Position numbers and translations under genes: made by a program. Positions 19,603-30,928 of a DNA stretch of 64,000 nucleotides are shown in pieces; within the stretch, counting starts at the first letter, position 1; each line of letters opens with the position of its first letter. The notes under the pieces are model-generated. The model saw only the letters and a list, made by a program, of their open reading frames with translations, searched no databases and was not told the origin of the DNA. Origin of the DNA: Deltaproteobacteria bacterium (GTDB lineage Bacteria > Myxococcota_A > UBA796 > SXON01); NCBI GenBank assembly GCA_947484175.1, contig CANKOI010000006.1:6641-70640 (forward strand). The letters run 5' to 3'.

Positions 19603-20679
19603 ATGTTTTCCTTGGTGTGTCTGCTTCTGGCGTCGTGGGCGGCTGCGGCCGACGTGACGGTGCACATGCTCGATGTGGGGCAGGGCGACTCCATTCTCCT
19701 GCGAACCCCCGCGGGCAAGACCGTGCTCATCGACGCAGGCGACCGCGGCGCAGGCATGCTGGAGAAGCTGCGCGCCCACGGCGTCGACCACCTCGATTTG
19801 GTGGTGGCCACCCACCCGCACGCCGACCACATCGGCGAGATGCAGAAGGTGATCGAGGCGCTGCCGCCGCGGGTGTACGTAGACAGCGGGCAGACCCACC
19901 CCACCAAGGTGTACGCGTCGCTGCTTAGCGCTCTGGAGGGCAACCCCGCCATCCAGTACCGCACCGCCACTCCGGGGATGGTGTTCAACCTCGACGACGG
20001 CGCCAAGCTCGAGCTGCTCTGGCCGAATCCCAAGGGGTTGCTGACCGGAACGCGCTCCGACCTCAACAGCAACAGCGTCGTGACCCGACTTACTCACGGC
20101 GACGACTGCTTCCTGTTTACGGGCGACGCAGAGGAACCCACGGAGGCGGCACTGCTTGAGGCAGGCGTAGGCCAGTGCGACGTGTTGAAGGTGGCCCACC
20201 ACGGGAGCCGTCATTCGAGTGGGGTCGCGTTTCTGGCGGCGGTGAAGCCGTCGGTGGCGCTGGTGTCGGCGGGCGCCGGGAACCGGTACAGTCACCCCGG
20301 CGTCGAAACCCTCGCGAGGCTCGACGCCGTGGGTGCCACCGTCTACCGCACCGATCAAGACGGAGAGGTCACGGTCGTCTCCAGCGGAAAGGGGCTCCGA
20401 GTGCTCACGGAGCGAGCGCGGCCAGCGCCCCAGACCGAGGTCCCGAATGCACAGGCCGCTGTAGCGGTGGCCACCGCCGGAGAGGCCCACGCCCCCGAGG
20501 GCTCGGCCGAGCCCGAAGCGGCCGCCTGCGCATTTCCCGGCAGCAGCCGTAGCGAAGTCTTCCACGGAGCCGGGTGCCGAACGGCGGCGAAGATCAGCGA
20601 GGCCAACCAGATGTGCTACGAGAGCCGTGAGGCCGCGCTGAAGGCCGGCAAGCGGTCGGCGGGTTGCTGCCACCCCTGA
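19603..20679 (+). CDS. secreted ComEC/Rec2-related MBL-fold hydrolase with C-terminal Cys motif
   Basis: Signal peptide, then HMLDVGQGDSILL, ATHPHADHIGEM and VAHHGS. The C-terminus is FHGAGCR...MCYESREAALKAGKRSAGCC. It has no membrane channel domain. Confidence 0.75.
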   Translation: MFSLVCLLLASWAAAADVTVHMLDVGQGDSILLRTPAGKTVLIDAGDRGAGMLEKLRAHGVDHLDLVVATHPHADHIGEMQKVIEALPPRVYVDSGQTHPTKVYASLLSALEGNPAIQYRTATPGMVFNLDDGAKLELLWPNPKGLLTGTRSDLNSNSVVTRLTHGDDCFLFTGDAEEPTEAALLEAGVGQCDVLKVAHHGSRHSSGVAFLAAVKPSVALVSAGAGNRYSHPGVETLARLDAVGATVYRTDQDGEVTVVSSGKGLRVLTERARPAPQTEVPNAQAAVAVATAGEAHAPEGSAEPEAAACAFPGSSRSEVFHGAGCRTAAKISEANQMCYESREAALKAGKRSAGCCHP

Positions 20680-20686
20680 GGAGCCG

Positions 20687-20911
20687 ATGATTGTTGTCGA
20701 CCGAATCGAAGCGGACCGCGCCATCCTCACGATGGGTGGTGAGCGTGTGGAAGTTCCGGTCGCATTCCTGCCCGCAGGCGCCGCTGAGGGTACGGTTTTG
20801 CGGCTGACTGTCGACCAAGCCGCTGGCGCACAACTTCGTGCCGAACTGGAGGACCGACTCGCGCGCCTCCAGGACCGGAACCAGACTTCCTCCAACGAAT
20901 TCGACCTCTAG
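20687..20911 (+). CDS. DUF3006 domain protein
   Basis: MIVVDRIEADRAILTMGGERVEVPVAFLPAGAAEGTVL. This family commonly follows ComEC-type MBL genes. Confidence 0.6.
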   Translation: MIVVDRIEADRAILTMGGERVEVPVAFLPAGAAEGTVLRLTVDQAAGAQLRAELEDRLARLQDRNQTSSNEFDL

Positions 20912-20925
20912 ACACGGGAGTGGCG

Positions 20926-21446
20926 ATGTCCCTGTGGTTCCTTCTCCTCGCGTTGGCCTTCGCGGCCGTTGACGTGAACGTGGCCGATCAGGCCGCCCTC
21001 GAGTCGCTCCCCGGCATCGGGCCCAGCAAGGCTCAGGCGATCCTGGCGTGGCGGGAGCAGAACGGACCGTTCAAGTCGCTGGATGACCTCGATCAGGTAG
21101 ACGGTATCGGCCCCAGCACCCTAGCAAACCTTCGCGATCAGGTCAGTTTCGGAGCGGGTGCCGCCGGCACCCCGGCTCAGGTGGCGGCGACTCCAGCGGC
21201 CAAGTCCACAACTGCGGCGAAGGCGCCCCCAACGAGTCCGGCAGCCGACGCGGGCTGCCCGGTGAACGTCAATACGGCCGACGCGGGCGCCCTCACCGCG
21301 CTGCCCGGCATCGGCGACGGCAAGGCCGCGGCCATCGTGCAACACCGCACGGACCACGGCAATTTCGCCTCCTGCGATGCCCTCGACGACGTGACCGGCA
21401 TCGGCCCTGCCACCCTCAGCGCGCTGCGGGCCTGCTGCGTGGTGAA

Positions 21447-21450
<4 letters not shown>
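20926..21450 (+). CDS. ComEA-like protein with two helix-hairpin-helix DNA-binding modules
   Basis: The two modules are VNVADQAALESLPGIGPSKAQAIL...DGIGPSTL and VNTADAGALTALPGIGDGKAAAIV...TGIGPATL. It has a signal peptide, and GGGAG lies 5 nt before the ATG at 20926. Confidence 0.8.
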
Positions 21451-22665
<1,215 letters not shown>

Positions 22666-22691
<26 letters not shown>

Positions 22692-23565
22692 TCGCAGCGA
22701 GGCCCAGCGCTGCCGCTCCGGCGCCGCCGCCACCCGACTCGCAGCTGCAGCCGGGGCTCGCGTTTACCGACTCGCCGTCGGCACAGACGCTGTCGTTGCC
22801 GCTGCAGTCCTGATCCACGGCATCGCCGCACTCGTCGGTGGCGTGGGGGCCGATCGCTGCATCGGAGTCGGCACAGTCCGAACCGCCGACCTCGGCCGCT
22901 GCGGCGCCGTCGCCGTCGAGGTCGACAAGATCGCTGCCGTCGCAGTCCTGGTCTACCCCGTCGTAGGCCACCTCCCCCGCCCCAGGGAGCACCATCGGGT
23001 CCTCGTCGTCGCAGTCCTCGCCCCCCAAGGCCAACGCCACGACGCCGTCACCGTCGGAGTCCGCCGGCTCGGAGTCGACCTCCATGGCGTAGTAGTAGTC
23101 CTCGGCGCGGTCGGTGGGGAAGCTCTCCAAAAAGCTGTCCGCCTGCACCTCCAACGTGCCCGCCACGGCCCCGAACCAAGGGTCTTCGCTGCCGCGCTCC
23201 GAGTAGGCGTAGCCCCAGTCTCCCTCGAGGTAGGCGCCGATCGCATAGTTCCCTCCGGCCTCGATGAGCCAAGACACCGCACCGCTGTCGGCGAAGCCCT
23301 CCCCCTCCTCGGGCAAGCCGCTGCCATCGGCACTGCCCACCAGCTCGTACACCTCGCCGCGCTCGCGGTACAAGGCCAGCATCACGACCCCGGTGTCGTC
23401 CGGGTCGCGCGCTGCCTCGACGTAGAACCGCAGGCCGGTGACCACCGCTGTTTCTTTTGCTTCGACGAGGATCACCTTGATCATGTCGCCGCTGTCGTTG
23501 TTCGATTCGTACCCGCCGAGTTCGTCCGTGAGCGCTACGGCCTGAGCAACAAGGAGAAGGAGCAT
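22666..23565 (-). CDS. secreted protein with Cys/Asp-rich putative metal-binding motifs and a MYXO-CTERM-like tail
   Basis: Contains GGEDCDDEDP...YDGVDQDCDGSD and ends GCSCESGGGGAGAAALGLAAISARRRRQ. Confidence 0.7.
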
Positions 23566-23581
23566 CCGCCCAGTTTATTCG

Positions 23582-24934
23582 TTACTCCTCCTCTCGCCAC
23601 TCCGCTTCTCGTCGGTAGATGCTTCGAGCACTGATGCCCAAGAGGCTGGCCGCGAGGTTGCGATCGCCCGCGCAGTGGCGGAGGGTCGCTTCGATCATGC
23701 GACGCTCCATGCCCGGCAGAGAGCTTCCTACCGCGAACGTGATCCACCCGGCCTCGGCGGCTCCGGCCACCCCACGCAGCGCCGCGGGGATGTCGTTCAC
23801 CGTGATGCTGTCGCCACGCGCCAGCACCACCGCTCGCTCGATCGTGTTCTCAAGTTCGCGAACATTTCCGGGCCACGCATGCCGCTCCAACGCAGCGAGC
23901 GCGTCGGGGTCGATGCCCGTGATCGTGCGGTGGTGCCGCGCGGTATGGACGGCGAGGAAGTGGCGGCTCAACAGGGCCACGTCTTCGCGCCGTTCGCGGA
24001 GGGCCGGCACGGTGAGCGGAATCACGTTGAGCCGGTAGTACAGGTCCTCGCGGAGCCGCCCCTCGGCCACCGCTGCGGCGGGGTCGCGGTTGGTGGCGGC
24101 GACGAGGCGCACGTCCGCGCGGAGCGTGCGGGTGCCGCCCAAGCGTTCGTACTCGCCATCCTGCAGCACCCGCAGCAGCTTCACCTGGAGCAGCGCCGGC
24201 ATCTCAGTGATCTCATCCAGAAACAGGGTGCCGCCCGCCGCAAGGTCGAACCGCCCCTCTTTGCGCCCCTGCGCACCGGTGAACGCGCCCGGCTCGTAGC
24301 CAAAGAGCTCGCTCTCGAGGAGGGCTTCAGGGATCGCCCCACAGTTCACGGTGACGAGGCGGCGTTCACGCCGCGGGCTCATCTCGTGAATCCACCTCGC
24401 CAGCAGTCCTTTTCCGGTGCCGCTCTCGCCCGTGATCAGTACGTTCGCGAGCGACGGCGCCACCTGTCTCGCCTCTTCGAGGAGCGAGCGCATCGCCGCC
24501 GACTGGCCCACCACCTCGCTGCGCGCCACTTGCGCGATCTGCGCCCGCAGCCGGAAGTTTTCCCGCACGAGCTCGTACTTTTCGATGGCCTTGCTCACGC
24601 CGTGTACGACGGCATCCTTCCGAAGCGGCTTGGTGACGAAGTCATACGCCCCTTCCTTCATCGCCTCCACCGCCGTTTCCACCGACCCGTAGGCGGTGAC
24701 CACGATCACCTGCGTTTCGGGCGAGACCTGTTTCGCCGCCCGGAGCAGCTCCAAACCCCCGAGGCCTGGCATCTTCAGGTCGGTGAGCACCACGGCCACC
24801 GCCCCGTCTCGAAGATGCTCCAAGGCCGCGCGGCCGTCGTGCGCCGTGCGCACGGTGTAGCCCTCTCGAACAAAGATCCGCTCGAGCGCGAGCCGATTGG
24901 CCTCTTCGTCATCCACCACCAAAATTGTCGCCAT
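23582..24934 (-). CDS. sigma-54-dependent response regulator (NtrC family)
   Basis: REC domain ([11 protein letters not shown]...TDLKMPG), AAA+ motifs GESGTGKG and [15 protein letters not shown], and a C-terminal Fis-type HTH. The track ORF starts at GTG 24949. Confidence 0.9.
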   Translation of the reverse strand: MATILVVDDEEANRLALERIFVREGYTVRTAHDGRAALEHLRDGAVAVVLTDLKMPGLGGLELLRAAKQVSPETQVIVVTAYGSVETAVEAMKEGAYDFVTKPLRKDAVVHGVSKAIEKYELVRENFRLRAQIAQVARSEVVGQSAAMRSLLEEARQVAPSLANVLITGESGTGKGLLARWIHEMSPRRERRLVTVNCGAIPEALLESELFGYEPGAFTGAQGRKEGRFDLAAGGTLFLDEITEMPALLQVKLLRVLQDGEYERLGGTRTLRADVRLVAATNRDPAAAVAEGRLREDLYYRLNVIPLTVPALRERREDVALLSRHFLAVHTARHHRTITGIDPDALAALERHAWPGNVRELENTIERAVVLARGDSITVNDIPAALRGVAGAAEAGWITFAVGSSLPGMERRMIEATLRHCAGDRNLAASLLGISARSIYRREAEWREEE

Positions 24935-24970
24935 CCGACAAGTTGGCACGGAACTGCCAGTCTGGCAAGC

Positions 24971-26638
24971 TCACGCAGGGGTCGGCGCGACTCCGCTGAG
25001 CAAGGGCAGCCGGATGACGAAGGCGGCGCCGCCGCCCTCGGCGGTCGTCAGGGCGATGCTGCCGCCCTGATCTTCGATCTCCTCCCGGGTAACGGCGAGC
25101 CCGAGTCCGGTGCCGCGAGCCTTCGTGGAGAAGAACGGATCGAACACTCTGGCGGCGGTGGCGGCATCGAGGCCCGGGCCGTCGTCGGTCACCACCACGA
25201 GGAGGGACGACAACTCCCGCGCCACCTGCACGCGGATGTGCTGGGCGCCTGCCTCCGCGGCATTCCGGACGAGATTGAGCAGCGCGCGCCGCAGCACGTT
25301 CCCGTCCACCTCCACACTGCCCAGTTCCTCCGCGCTGACCGCCACCTCGACCCCGAGCCGCCGCAGCCGCTCCTGCTCCAGTGCCACGACGCTCCGGGCC
25401 AGCGCACCAGCGTCTTCGGGGGCCAACTCCGGAGCGCGGCGACGGGCCAAGTCGAGATACCGCTCGGTCACCGCTTCGAGACGGCGAATCTCTGTCACGA
25501 CGGTGGCGAGCAGCGCCTGCTGCTCAGGCGCGCGCAATTCGTCGGCCAGCAGCTCCGCGTGGAGCGAGATGGCGTTGAGCGGGTTGCGCACCTCGTGGGT
25601 GACCTGGGCGAGGAGTTGGCCCACCAGCGCGAGTCGTTCGCTCCGAACGAGTCGTTCGCGGTCCCGCAGGCGCTCGGTGAGGTCTTCTCCCACCAGAATC
25701 CGCCCCGCCGAACCGAACGGTGCGACCACGACTTCGAGGGTGCGCTCGCCGCCCACTTGCTCGTGGCGCCCCTCCTCAAGCTGCCTCAGCCCGACAGGCA
25801 GCTCGTCGCCCTCCGCGAGCCCCCAAAGAGCGCCTGCTGCCGGGTTCGCCACACGCACCCGCCCGGCCTCGACCACCAGCACCGCCACGAGCAGGCTGTC
25901 GAGCACTCGCCTGAGCTGGAGAGACACGGCCTGCAGGTTTCGGTCCCGCTCATCCACGGCATGCACCATGGCCTCGAACGCCTGGCCGAGGGCGGCGATC
26001 TCGTCGTCTCCGCCGACATCCACGGGGCCCGGCCGCTCCCCCGCCTCCAGCCGCCGTACCTGCGCGGTAAGCGTGCGCACGGGGCGGAGCGCTGTGCCAG
26101 CCAGCCAGAGCAGGAGTACCCCTAAGGGCACACTGAGGCCAGCCAGGACCAGTGACACCCGGACCGCCTCGGCCTGCGAGCGCGCCGTGCGCTGACTGAG
26201 TGCGCTCACGCGAGCCTCGCTCAGCGCGCCCAGCTGGAGCACCTCGTCACGGAGCGCGCGGCGGTCGCCCTCGCCCTCGCCAAGCCCAGCCGCTGCCGCC
26301 GCTTCCACGTCGTCGAGCTGCACCAGGGCGGCCCGAAGGTGGGCCTGTTCCTCGGCGCCTTCCGCCAAGGACTGCCCGCGCATGACGGCCGCCCGCGCAT
26401 CCCTGAGCAACGTGTTGACATCGCGCCGTGACTCCCGCGGGCGGTCGAGCTGCCCTTCGATGCGGGCCGTGAGCCGCGCCAGGGGGAGCCACGCCTCGTT
26501 CACGGTGGCCACGCTGGCACCGATGCGCCGAAACTGAGAGATCTCGAACGCGAGGGCGCCCAGTTGGCAAAGCGTGGCGAGGAGCACGGCTCCGAGCACT
26601 CTCCCCCGCAACGTGCGTGTCCACGCGAAGCCCGTCAT
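24971..26638 (-). CDS. sensor histidine kinase (2 TM, HAMP, HisKA, HATPase)
   Basis: H-box THEVRNPLNAI, N-box LVRNAAEAG, plus DDGPGL and GTGLGLAV. The start is uncertain (ATG 26638, 26698 or 26725). Confidence 0.85.
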   Translation of the reverse strand: MTGFAWTRTLRGRVLGAVLLATLCQLGALAFEISQFRRIGASVATVNEAWLPLARLTARIEGQLDRPRESRRDVNTLLRDARAAVMRGQSLAEGAEEQAHLRAALVQLDDVEAAAAAGLGEGEGDRRALRDEVLQLGALSEARVSALSQRTARSQAEAVRVSLVLAGLSVPLGVLLLWLAGTALRPVRTLTAQVRRLEAGERPGPVDVGGDDEIAALGQAFEAMVHAVDERDRNLQAVSLQLRRVLDSLLVAVLVVEAGRVRVANPAAGALWGLAEGDELPVGLRQLEEGRHEQVGGERTLEVVVAPFGSAGRILVGEDLTERLRDRERLVRSERLALVGQLLAQVTHEVRNPLNAISLHAELLADELRAPEQQALLATVVTEIRRLEAVTERYLDLARRRAPELAPEDAGALARSVVALEQERLRRLGVEVAVSAEELGSVEVDGNVLRRALLNLVRNAAEAGAQHIRVQVARELSSLLVVVTDDGPGLDAATAARVFDPFFSTKARGTGLGLAVTREEIEDQGGSIALTTAEGGGAAFVIRLPLLSGVAPTPA

Positions 26639-26760
26639 GCCCGCCCCATAGCGGCTCGTCGCCGCTTCCGGTTGGTCATAGTTGGTCGCGGCGTTCATCG
26701 GGCGCCGTTGCTGCCCGGCGGCCATGGGTTAGCGGGGCCCGGCCTACCCGTGGAGTCTGG

Positions 26761-27852
26761 ATGTCTGTGTCTTTCCGTTCCGTCGTGCTCTCGCTCTCGA
26801 TGTCGGTTCTCTCAACCGCGGCCGTCGTGGCCTGCGACGGCGGCGAAGCCGGTGTCACGCCTGCCGATGGCGAAGCGGCGGCCGCCGCCGATGTAGGCGA
26901 GGTGCTGGCTAGCGTGAACGGGGTGCAGGTGGGCAGCAAGGAATTCCTCACCGCGGCGGAACGGAAGGCGCCCGCGAATGGCGAATCCCTCTCCCCCGAA
27001 GAGAAGAAGGAAGTCCTCGACTCCCTCGTGGAAGAAAAGCTCCTGTACGCGCAGGCCCTGAAGAAGGGCCTCGATCAGGACCCCAAGGTGCAGAAGGTAA
27101 TGGTCAACACCCTCCTGCGCGAAGAGGTGTACAGCACCGTGAAGAACAGCGACTTCACCGATGAAATGCTGCAGAAGTACTACGACGACCACAAGAGCGA
27201 GTTCATCGTTCCCGAGAAGGTGCAGATCCGTCGCATCCTCGTGAAGGTGAGCGAGGCCCGTACCGACGAGGCCGCCAAGGCCGAGGCGGAGCGGCTGCGC
27301 AAAGAAGTGTCAGGCAAGCCTGACAGCTTCAAGGACGTGGCGGCGAAGTTCTCCGAAGACATGTACAAGCGCCGCGGCGGCGACGTCGGCTTTGTGAGCA
27401 AGGAAGGCAAGCCCGGCCTCGATCAGGAGATCGTGGACAAGGCCTTTGCCCTTGAGACGGGCGCCGTTTCCGAGGCGTTCAAGACGGGCGACGGCTACAA
27501 CATCATCCAGGTGGCCACGCGGCGCGAGCAGGTGGAGCGGACGTTCCAGCAGATGAAAGGCTCCGTGCTCCGCAAGGTGAAGAACGACCGGATGAAGGAG
27601 CTCTACGACGGCTACATCACCTCGATCAAGACGGGCGCCACCATCACGGTGGAAGACGCCAAGCTCGCCGAGATCGAGGTCAAGAGTGCCCGACGCGGGG
27701 CAGCCCTGCCCAGCATGCCGCTTCTCGGCGGCGGCGACGAACACGAAGAAGGCGGTGAAGAAGCCGGTGAGTTGCCCGGCGCCCCCGGAGCACCCGGCGC
27801 CGGAATGCGTCCCGGCAACGGCCTCTCCGCCCCGAAGCCGGCCGGCGAGTAG
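26761..27852 (+). CDS. PpiC/parvulin-type peptidyl-prolyl isomerase lipoprotein
   Basis: The ATG at 26761 follows GGAG, and AAVVAC is the lipobox. The parvulin domain reads IRRILVKV...GGDVGFVSKEG...GDGYNIIQV. Confidence 0.8.
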   Translation: MSVSFRSVVLSLSMSVLSTAAVVACDGGEAGVTPADGEAAAAADVGEVLASVNGVQVGSKEFLTAAERKAPANGESLSPEEKKEVLDSLVEEKLLYAQALKKGLDQDPKVQKVMVNTLLREEVYSTVKNSDFTDEMLQKYYDDHKSEFIVPEKVQIRRILVKVSEARTDEAAKAEAERLRKEVSGKPDSFKDVAAKFSEDMYKRRGGDVGFVSKEGKPGLDQEIVDKAFALETGAVSEAFKTGDGYNIIQVATRREQVERTFQQMKGSVLRKVKNDRMKELYDGYITSIKTGATITVEDAKLAEIEVKSARRGAALPSMPLLGGGDEHEEGGEEAGELPGAPGAPGAGMRPGNGLSAPKPAGE

Positions 27853-27860
27853 GCTCCGCG

Positions 27861-28862
27861 TTGCGCGGCGCCGTCCCCTACGGAGTTGCCTGCGGCCTCG
27901 CGCTCGGCGTGCTCCTTTCCCCCCCGGCCCAGGCCGGCGAGCTGGGGCGCATCACCGACCGAGTGGCGGCCGTCGTAAACGACGACGTGATCACCGTTTC
28001 CGAAGTCTACGACCTAGGCGCCGACTTCATTGAAGATGCAGTGAGCGAGGCCGGAGAGGGCCGCAGGCACGAAGCAGAACACGCCGTGCTCCAGCGCCTC
28101 ATCGAACGGCGGCTCGTGGAACAGCAGATTCAGACGCTGAAGTTGGATGTCACGGAGCAGGAGCTCGACCGAGCGATCGACGACGTGGCCAGGCGCAACG
28201 GCATGGACCGCGATCAGGTGCGCGCCGCCGTGGAACAGCAGGGAATGGACTGGGACACGTTCCGGGCCGAGCAGCGCGAGCAGCTGCGCGAGATGAAGTT
28301 CCAGCGGTCCGTCCTTCAACCGCGAATCACGATCACCGAAGACGAACTGCGCGACGCATTCTTGCGCTCCGGTGGATCATTGGGCGGGGAGTCGGCGAGC
28401 GTGCAGGGTCTGCTGCTCTCGATTCCGCGGGGAGCGGAGCCCGCCGCCGTGGCAGCGGTGCGAATCCGGGCCCATGAGGCCGAGCTGAGGCTCGTCGCGG
28501 GCGAGCCTTTCGCGGCCGTCGCGGAAGCCTACGACGAGGGCACCACGCGCGCCTCGGCCGGCGAGATGGGCGACTTCGAGCGGGGTCAGCTGGTGCCGGA
28601 GCTCGACGGTCCGGTGTTCAGCGCAGAGGTGGGCAAGCCCTTCATCGTGGAGCTGCCCACCGCCATCCTGGTGATGCGGGTCAAGGAGAAGAAGCGTGTA
28701 GACACCGGCCTGGAAGGGGCGCGAGCGAAGCTGACGGACACCATCTTTGCTGGTCGAATGGAGCAGGAGCAGGTGCGCTGGGCCGAGCAGGCGCGACGCG
28801 CCGCCATCGTGCGGGTGCTCTTGCCAGGCGGCGACGGTCGCGCCCCCCGCACCGAACCCTAA
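27861..28862 (+). CDS. surA: SurA-like periplasmic chaperone/PPIase
   Basis: Signal peptide, SurA N-terminal signature AAVVNDDVITVSEV, and a parvulin domain. It lies directly upstream of pdxA, as in enterobacteria. TTG start. Confidence 0.7.
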   Translation: MRGAVPYGVACGLALGVLLSPPAQAGELGRITDRVAAVVNDDVITVSEVYDLGADFIEDAVSEAGEGRRHEAEHAVLQRLIERRLVEQQIQTLKLDVTEQELDRAIDDVARRNGMDRDQVRAAVEQQGMDWDTFRAEQREQLREMKFQRSVLQPRITITEDELRDAFLRSGGSLGGESASVQGLLLSIPRGAEPAAVAAVRIRAHEAELRLVAGEPFAAVAEAYDEGTTRASAGEMGDFERGQLVPELDGPVFSAEVGKPFIVELPTAILVMRVKEKKRVDTGLEGARAKLTDTIFAGRMEQEQVRWAEQARRAAIVRVLLPGGDGRAPRTEP

Positions 28863-28870
28863 AGGGCCGG

Positions 28871-29764
28871 ATGCGGCCCCTTGTGGTCACCCCCGGCTGC
28901 CCTCGGGGCATCGGCGCCGAAGTCACCGCAGGTGCCATGAGCCGCCTCGACATCGGTGACGTGCTGGTCGTGGGAGACGTGGCGGCCCTGCGCGCCGCCG
29001 GCCTGGCGGAGCGACCCGGACTGCAGCTCCTCTCGCCCCCGTCCAGCTCGGAGCCCGTGGAGATCGCCGCGATCCGCTGGGCGACGGAGGCCTGCCTAAC
29101 GGGCGAGGCCCGGGCGTTGTGTACCGGGCCGATCCACAAGGCCCGCGCCGCCGCCGGTGGCTTCGCGTTCAGCGGCCACACCGACTTCCTCGCCCACCTG
29201 TGCGGCACCCCCTCCCCGGTGATGGCCTTCGTCGGTGGCGAGGTGCGCGTGGCCTTGGTGACCGTGCACCTGCCCCTCCGCGATGTTCCGGCGCGGATCA
29301 CCGAAGCGGCGGTCCTGCACACGCTCCGCGTGGTGGACCACGCCCTGCGCACGCAACTCCACCTGGCCGCGCCGCGCCTCGCGGTGTGCGGGCTCAATCC
29401 TCATGCCGGAGAGGGCGGCCTGCTGGGCGACGAGGAGCTCCGAGCGATCACCCCCGCCATCCTTCGAGCCCAGGCGGAGGGGATCGGCGCCTACGGCCCC
29501 GTATCGGCGGAAGAGGCGTTCATGCACCCCGAGGCGGCCGACCTCATCGTCGCCATGTACCACGACCAGGGCCTCGCTCCGCTCAAGCGAGTCGACTTCG
29601 GCCGCACCGTGAACTGGACGATGGGTCTGCCCATCGTGCGTACGAGCGTCGATCACGGCACGGCCGATGCCCTCGTGGGAACGGGACGGGCGCGATGCGA
29701 CAGCATGGAAGCCGCCCTACGACTGGCCGACCGCCTCTCCCGCCCGACCCTCAGTCCGCCGTAG
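28871..29764 (+). CDS. pdxA: 4-hydroxythreonine-4-phosphate dehydrogenase
   Basis: Contains GPIHK, GHTDFLAHL, CGLNPHAGEGG, MYHDQGLAPLK and RTSVDHGTA. Confidence 0.85.
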   Translation: MRPLVVTPGCPRGIGAEVTAGAMSRLDIGDVLVVGDVAALRAAGLAERPGLQLLSPPSSSEPVEIAAIRWATEACLTGEARALCTGPIHKARAAAGGFAFSGHTDFLAHLCGTPSPVMAFVGGEVRVALVTVHLPLRDVPARITEAAVLHTLRVVDHALRTQLHLAAPRLAVCGLNPHAGEGGLLGDEELRAITPAILRAQAEGIGAYGPVSAEEAFMHPEAADLIVAMYHDQGLAPLKRVDFGRTVNWTMGLPIVRTSVDHGTADALVGTGRARCDSMEAALRLADRLSRPTLSPP

Positions 29765-30269
29765 GCTTGACTTCGGCCTCGTCGGCACAGGACGGGAAGC
29801 CCCAAAGCGGCCAGACGCTGGCGTCGCCGCCGTACACTCGGCAGTCGGCGACGGTATCGCCATCCCGGGCGTAGACCACCAGCAGGCCCTGCAGGGCGGG
29901 GGTTCCGCAGTTGAAGCTCGTTCGTGAACCGGCCGCCACGTCGCGGAAGTCGCTGGTGATGGCGAGGGTGAAGCGCAGGTGGTCGAAGGACCCGTCGAGG
30001 GCGGCCTCCGCACTCGTGAAGGGGTGGGCCTCCACATACACGCCGTCCACGCTCATCCACAGCTCGCCGCCGCCGGTCCACGCGTCGGTGTGGAGGTCGA
30101 AGGCCCAGGCCGGCACGGAGGCATCGCAGACGACGGAGACCTCCGTAAACGCGGGTAGGACGGATGCGGGCGAAGCCACGCCGCTGTCTGCGAGGGGGGC
30201 GGGGCAGCCGAGAAGGAGGAAGAACACGGCCCCCCCGTAGCGCGGCGCGAGGCGCCCCGGCGCGCGCAA
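29751..30269 (-). CDS. lipoprotein, unknown function
   Basis: AVFFLLLGC lipobox. The TTG at 30269 gives M-RAPGRLAPRYGG; the track ORF extends to 30356. It overlaps the pdxA 3' end by 14 nt (convergent). Confidence 0.45.
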   Translation of the reverse strand: MRAPGRLAPRYGGAVFFLLLGCPAPLADSGVASPASVLPAFTEVSVVCDASVPAWAFDLHTDAWTGGGELWMSVDGVYVEAHPFTSAEAALDGSFDHLRFTLAITSDFRDVAAGSRTSFNCGTPALQGLLVVYARDGDTVADCRVYGGDASVWPLWGFPSCADEAEVKPTAD

Positions 30270-30382
30270 GGCTATCCCCCGACCGGGCGGACGGGCGCGG
30301 CGCGCCGGCCACCCAAAAAATGGAAGCGGCGTGGAGGAGACCCCCACGCCGCCCACGCTACCCGCTCACGCGGGAGAGCTGA

Positions 30383-30871
30383 CTACTGGCAAGCGTAGTA
30401 GTCGGTGAGGTCGTTCTGCTCCCAGCAGTCGCCCGTGGCCGCGTCGCCCAGCATGGTGGCGAGACTGCCGCCGTTGGCGATCGTCACGGTGATCAGCGTG
30501 GTGGAGTTCGCGACCACGTCTGCGATAGCGTGCACAGTCGTGAGCGTGATGCCGGTAGCGGAAACGTCATCGTGGCAGATGTCAGTGCTGCCAGAGTTCG
30601 GGCCGGGGCCAGCGACACAATCCTCGCCGTACCAGCCGCCGCCGCTCTCTTCGGCCAAGCCGAAGGAGTAGATGCCGGTGCCGTTGTTGATGGCGAGCGT
30701 GACGCCCGTGGTGACCCAAGTGGTGGTGAAGCTGACGTCGGTGTCAGCATCGGTGTCGGCGTCGGCGTCGGCGTCGGCCTCGCCGCTGTCGCAGATGCCC
30801 GAATCGCACTTTCCTTCGTCGCCAGGGCAACCGACGAGCACAAACAGCGCACTAATAAGACTGAGAGCCAT
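30383..30871 (-). CDS. lipoprotein with (Asp-Ala)/(Asp-Thr) linker, unknown function
   Basis: The ATG at 30871 is preceded by GGAGGA. MALSLISALFVLVGC lipobox. Confidence 0.6.
   Translation of the reverse strand: MALSLISALFVLVGCPGDEGKCDSGICDSGEADADADADTDADTDVSFTTTWVTTGVTLAINNGTGIYSFGLAEESGGGWYGEDCVAGPGPNSGSTDICHDDVSATGITLTTVHAIADVVANSTTLITVTIANGGSLATMLGDAATGDCWEQNDLTDYYACQ
30755..30778 (-). repeat. (GCCGAC)4 coding repeat, encodes (Ala-Asp)4
   Basis: Plus strand reads (GTCGGC)4, counted directly. Imperfect copies extend to about 30733. Confidence 0.8.
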
Positions 30872-30928
30872 GTGTATCCTCCATGCCGCGGCATGCGGCA
30901 GCGCCACCATTACACCTCTTTACCGGTA

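Noticed and set aside
24944-24959. TGGCAC...TGCC as a sigma-54 -24/-12 promoter
   Set aside because: The GG-to-GC spacing is 9 nt instead of 10 on either strand, and the response-regulator start lies only about 10-25 nt away. I kept it only as a palindrome in the findings.
23675-26125. 816-aa plus-strand ORF
   Set aside because: It is antisense to the NtrC-type regulator and the histidine kinase, both of which have unambiguous catalytic motifs on the minus strand.
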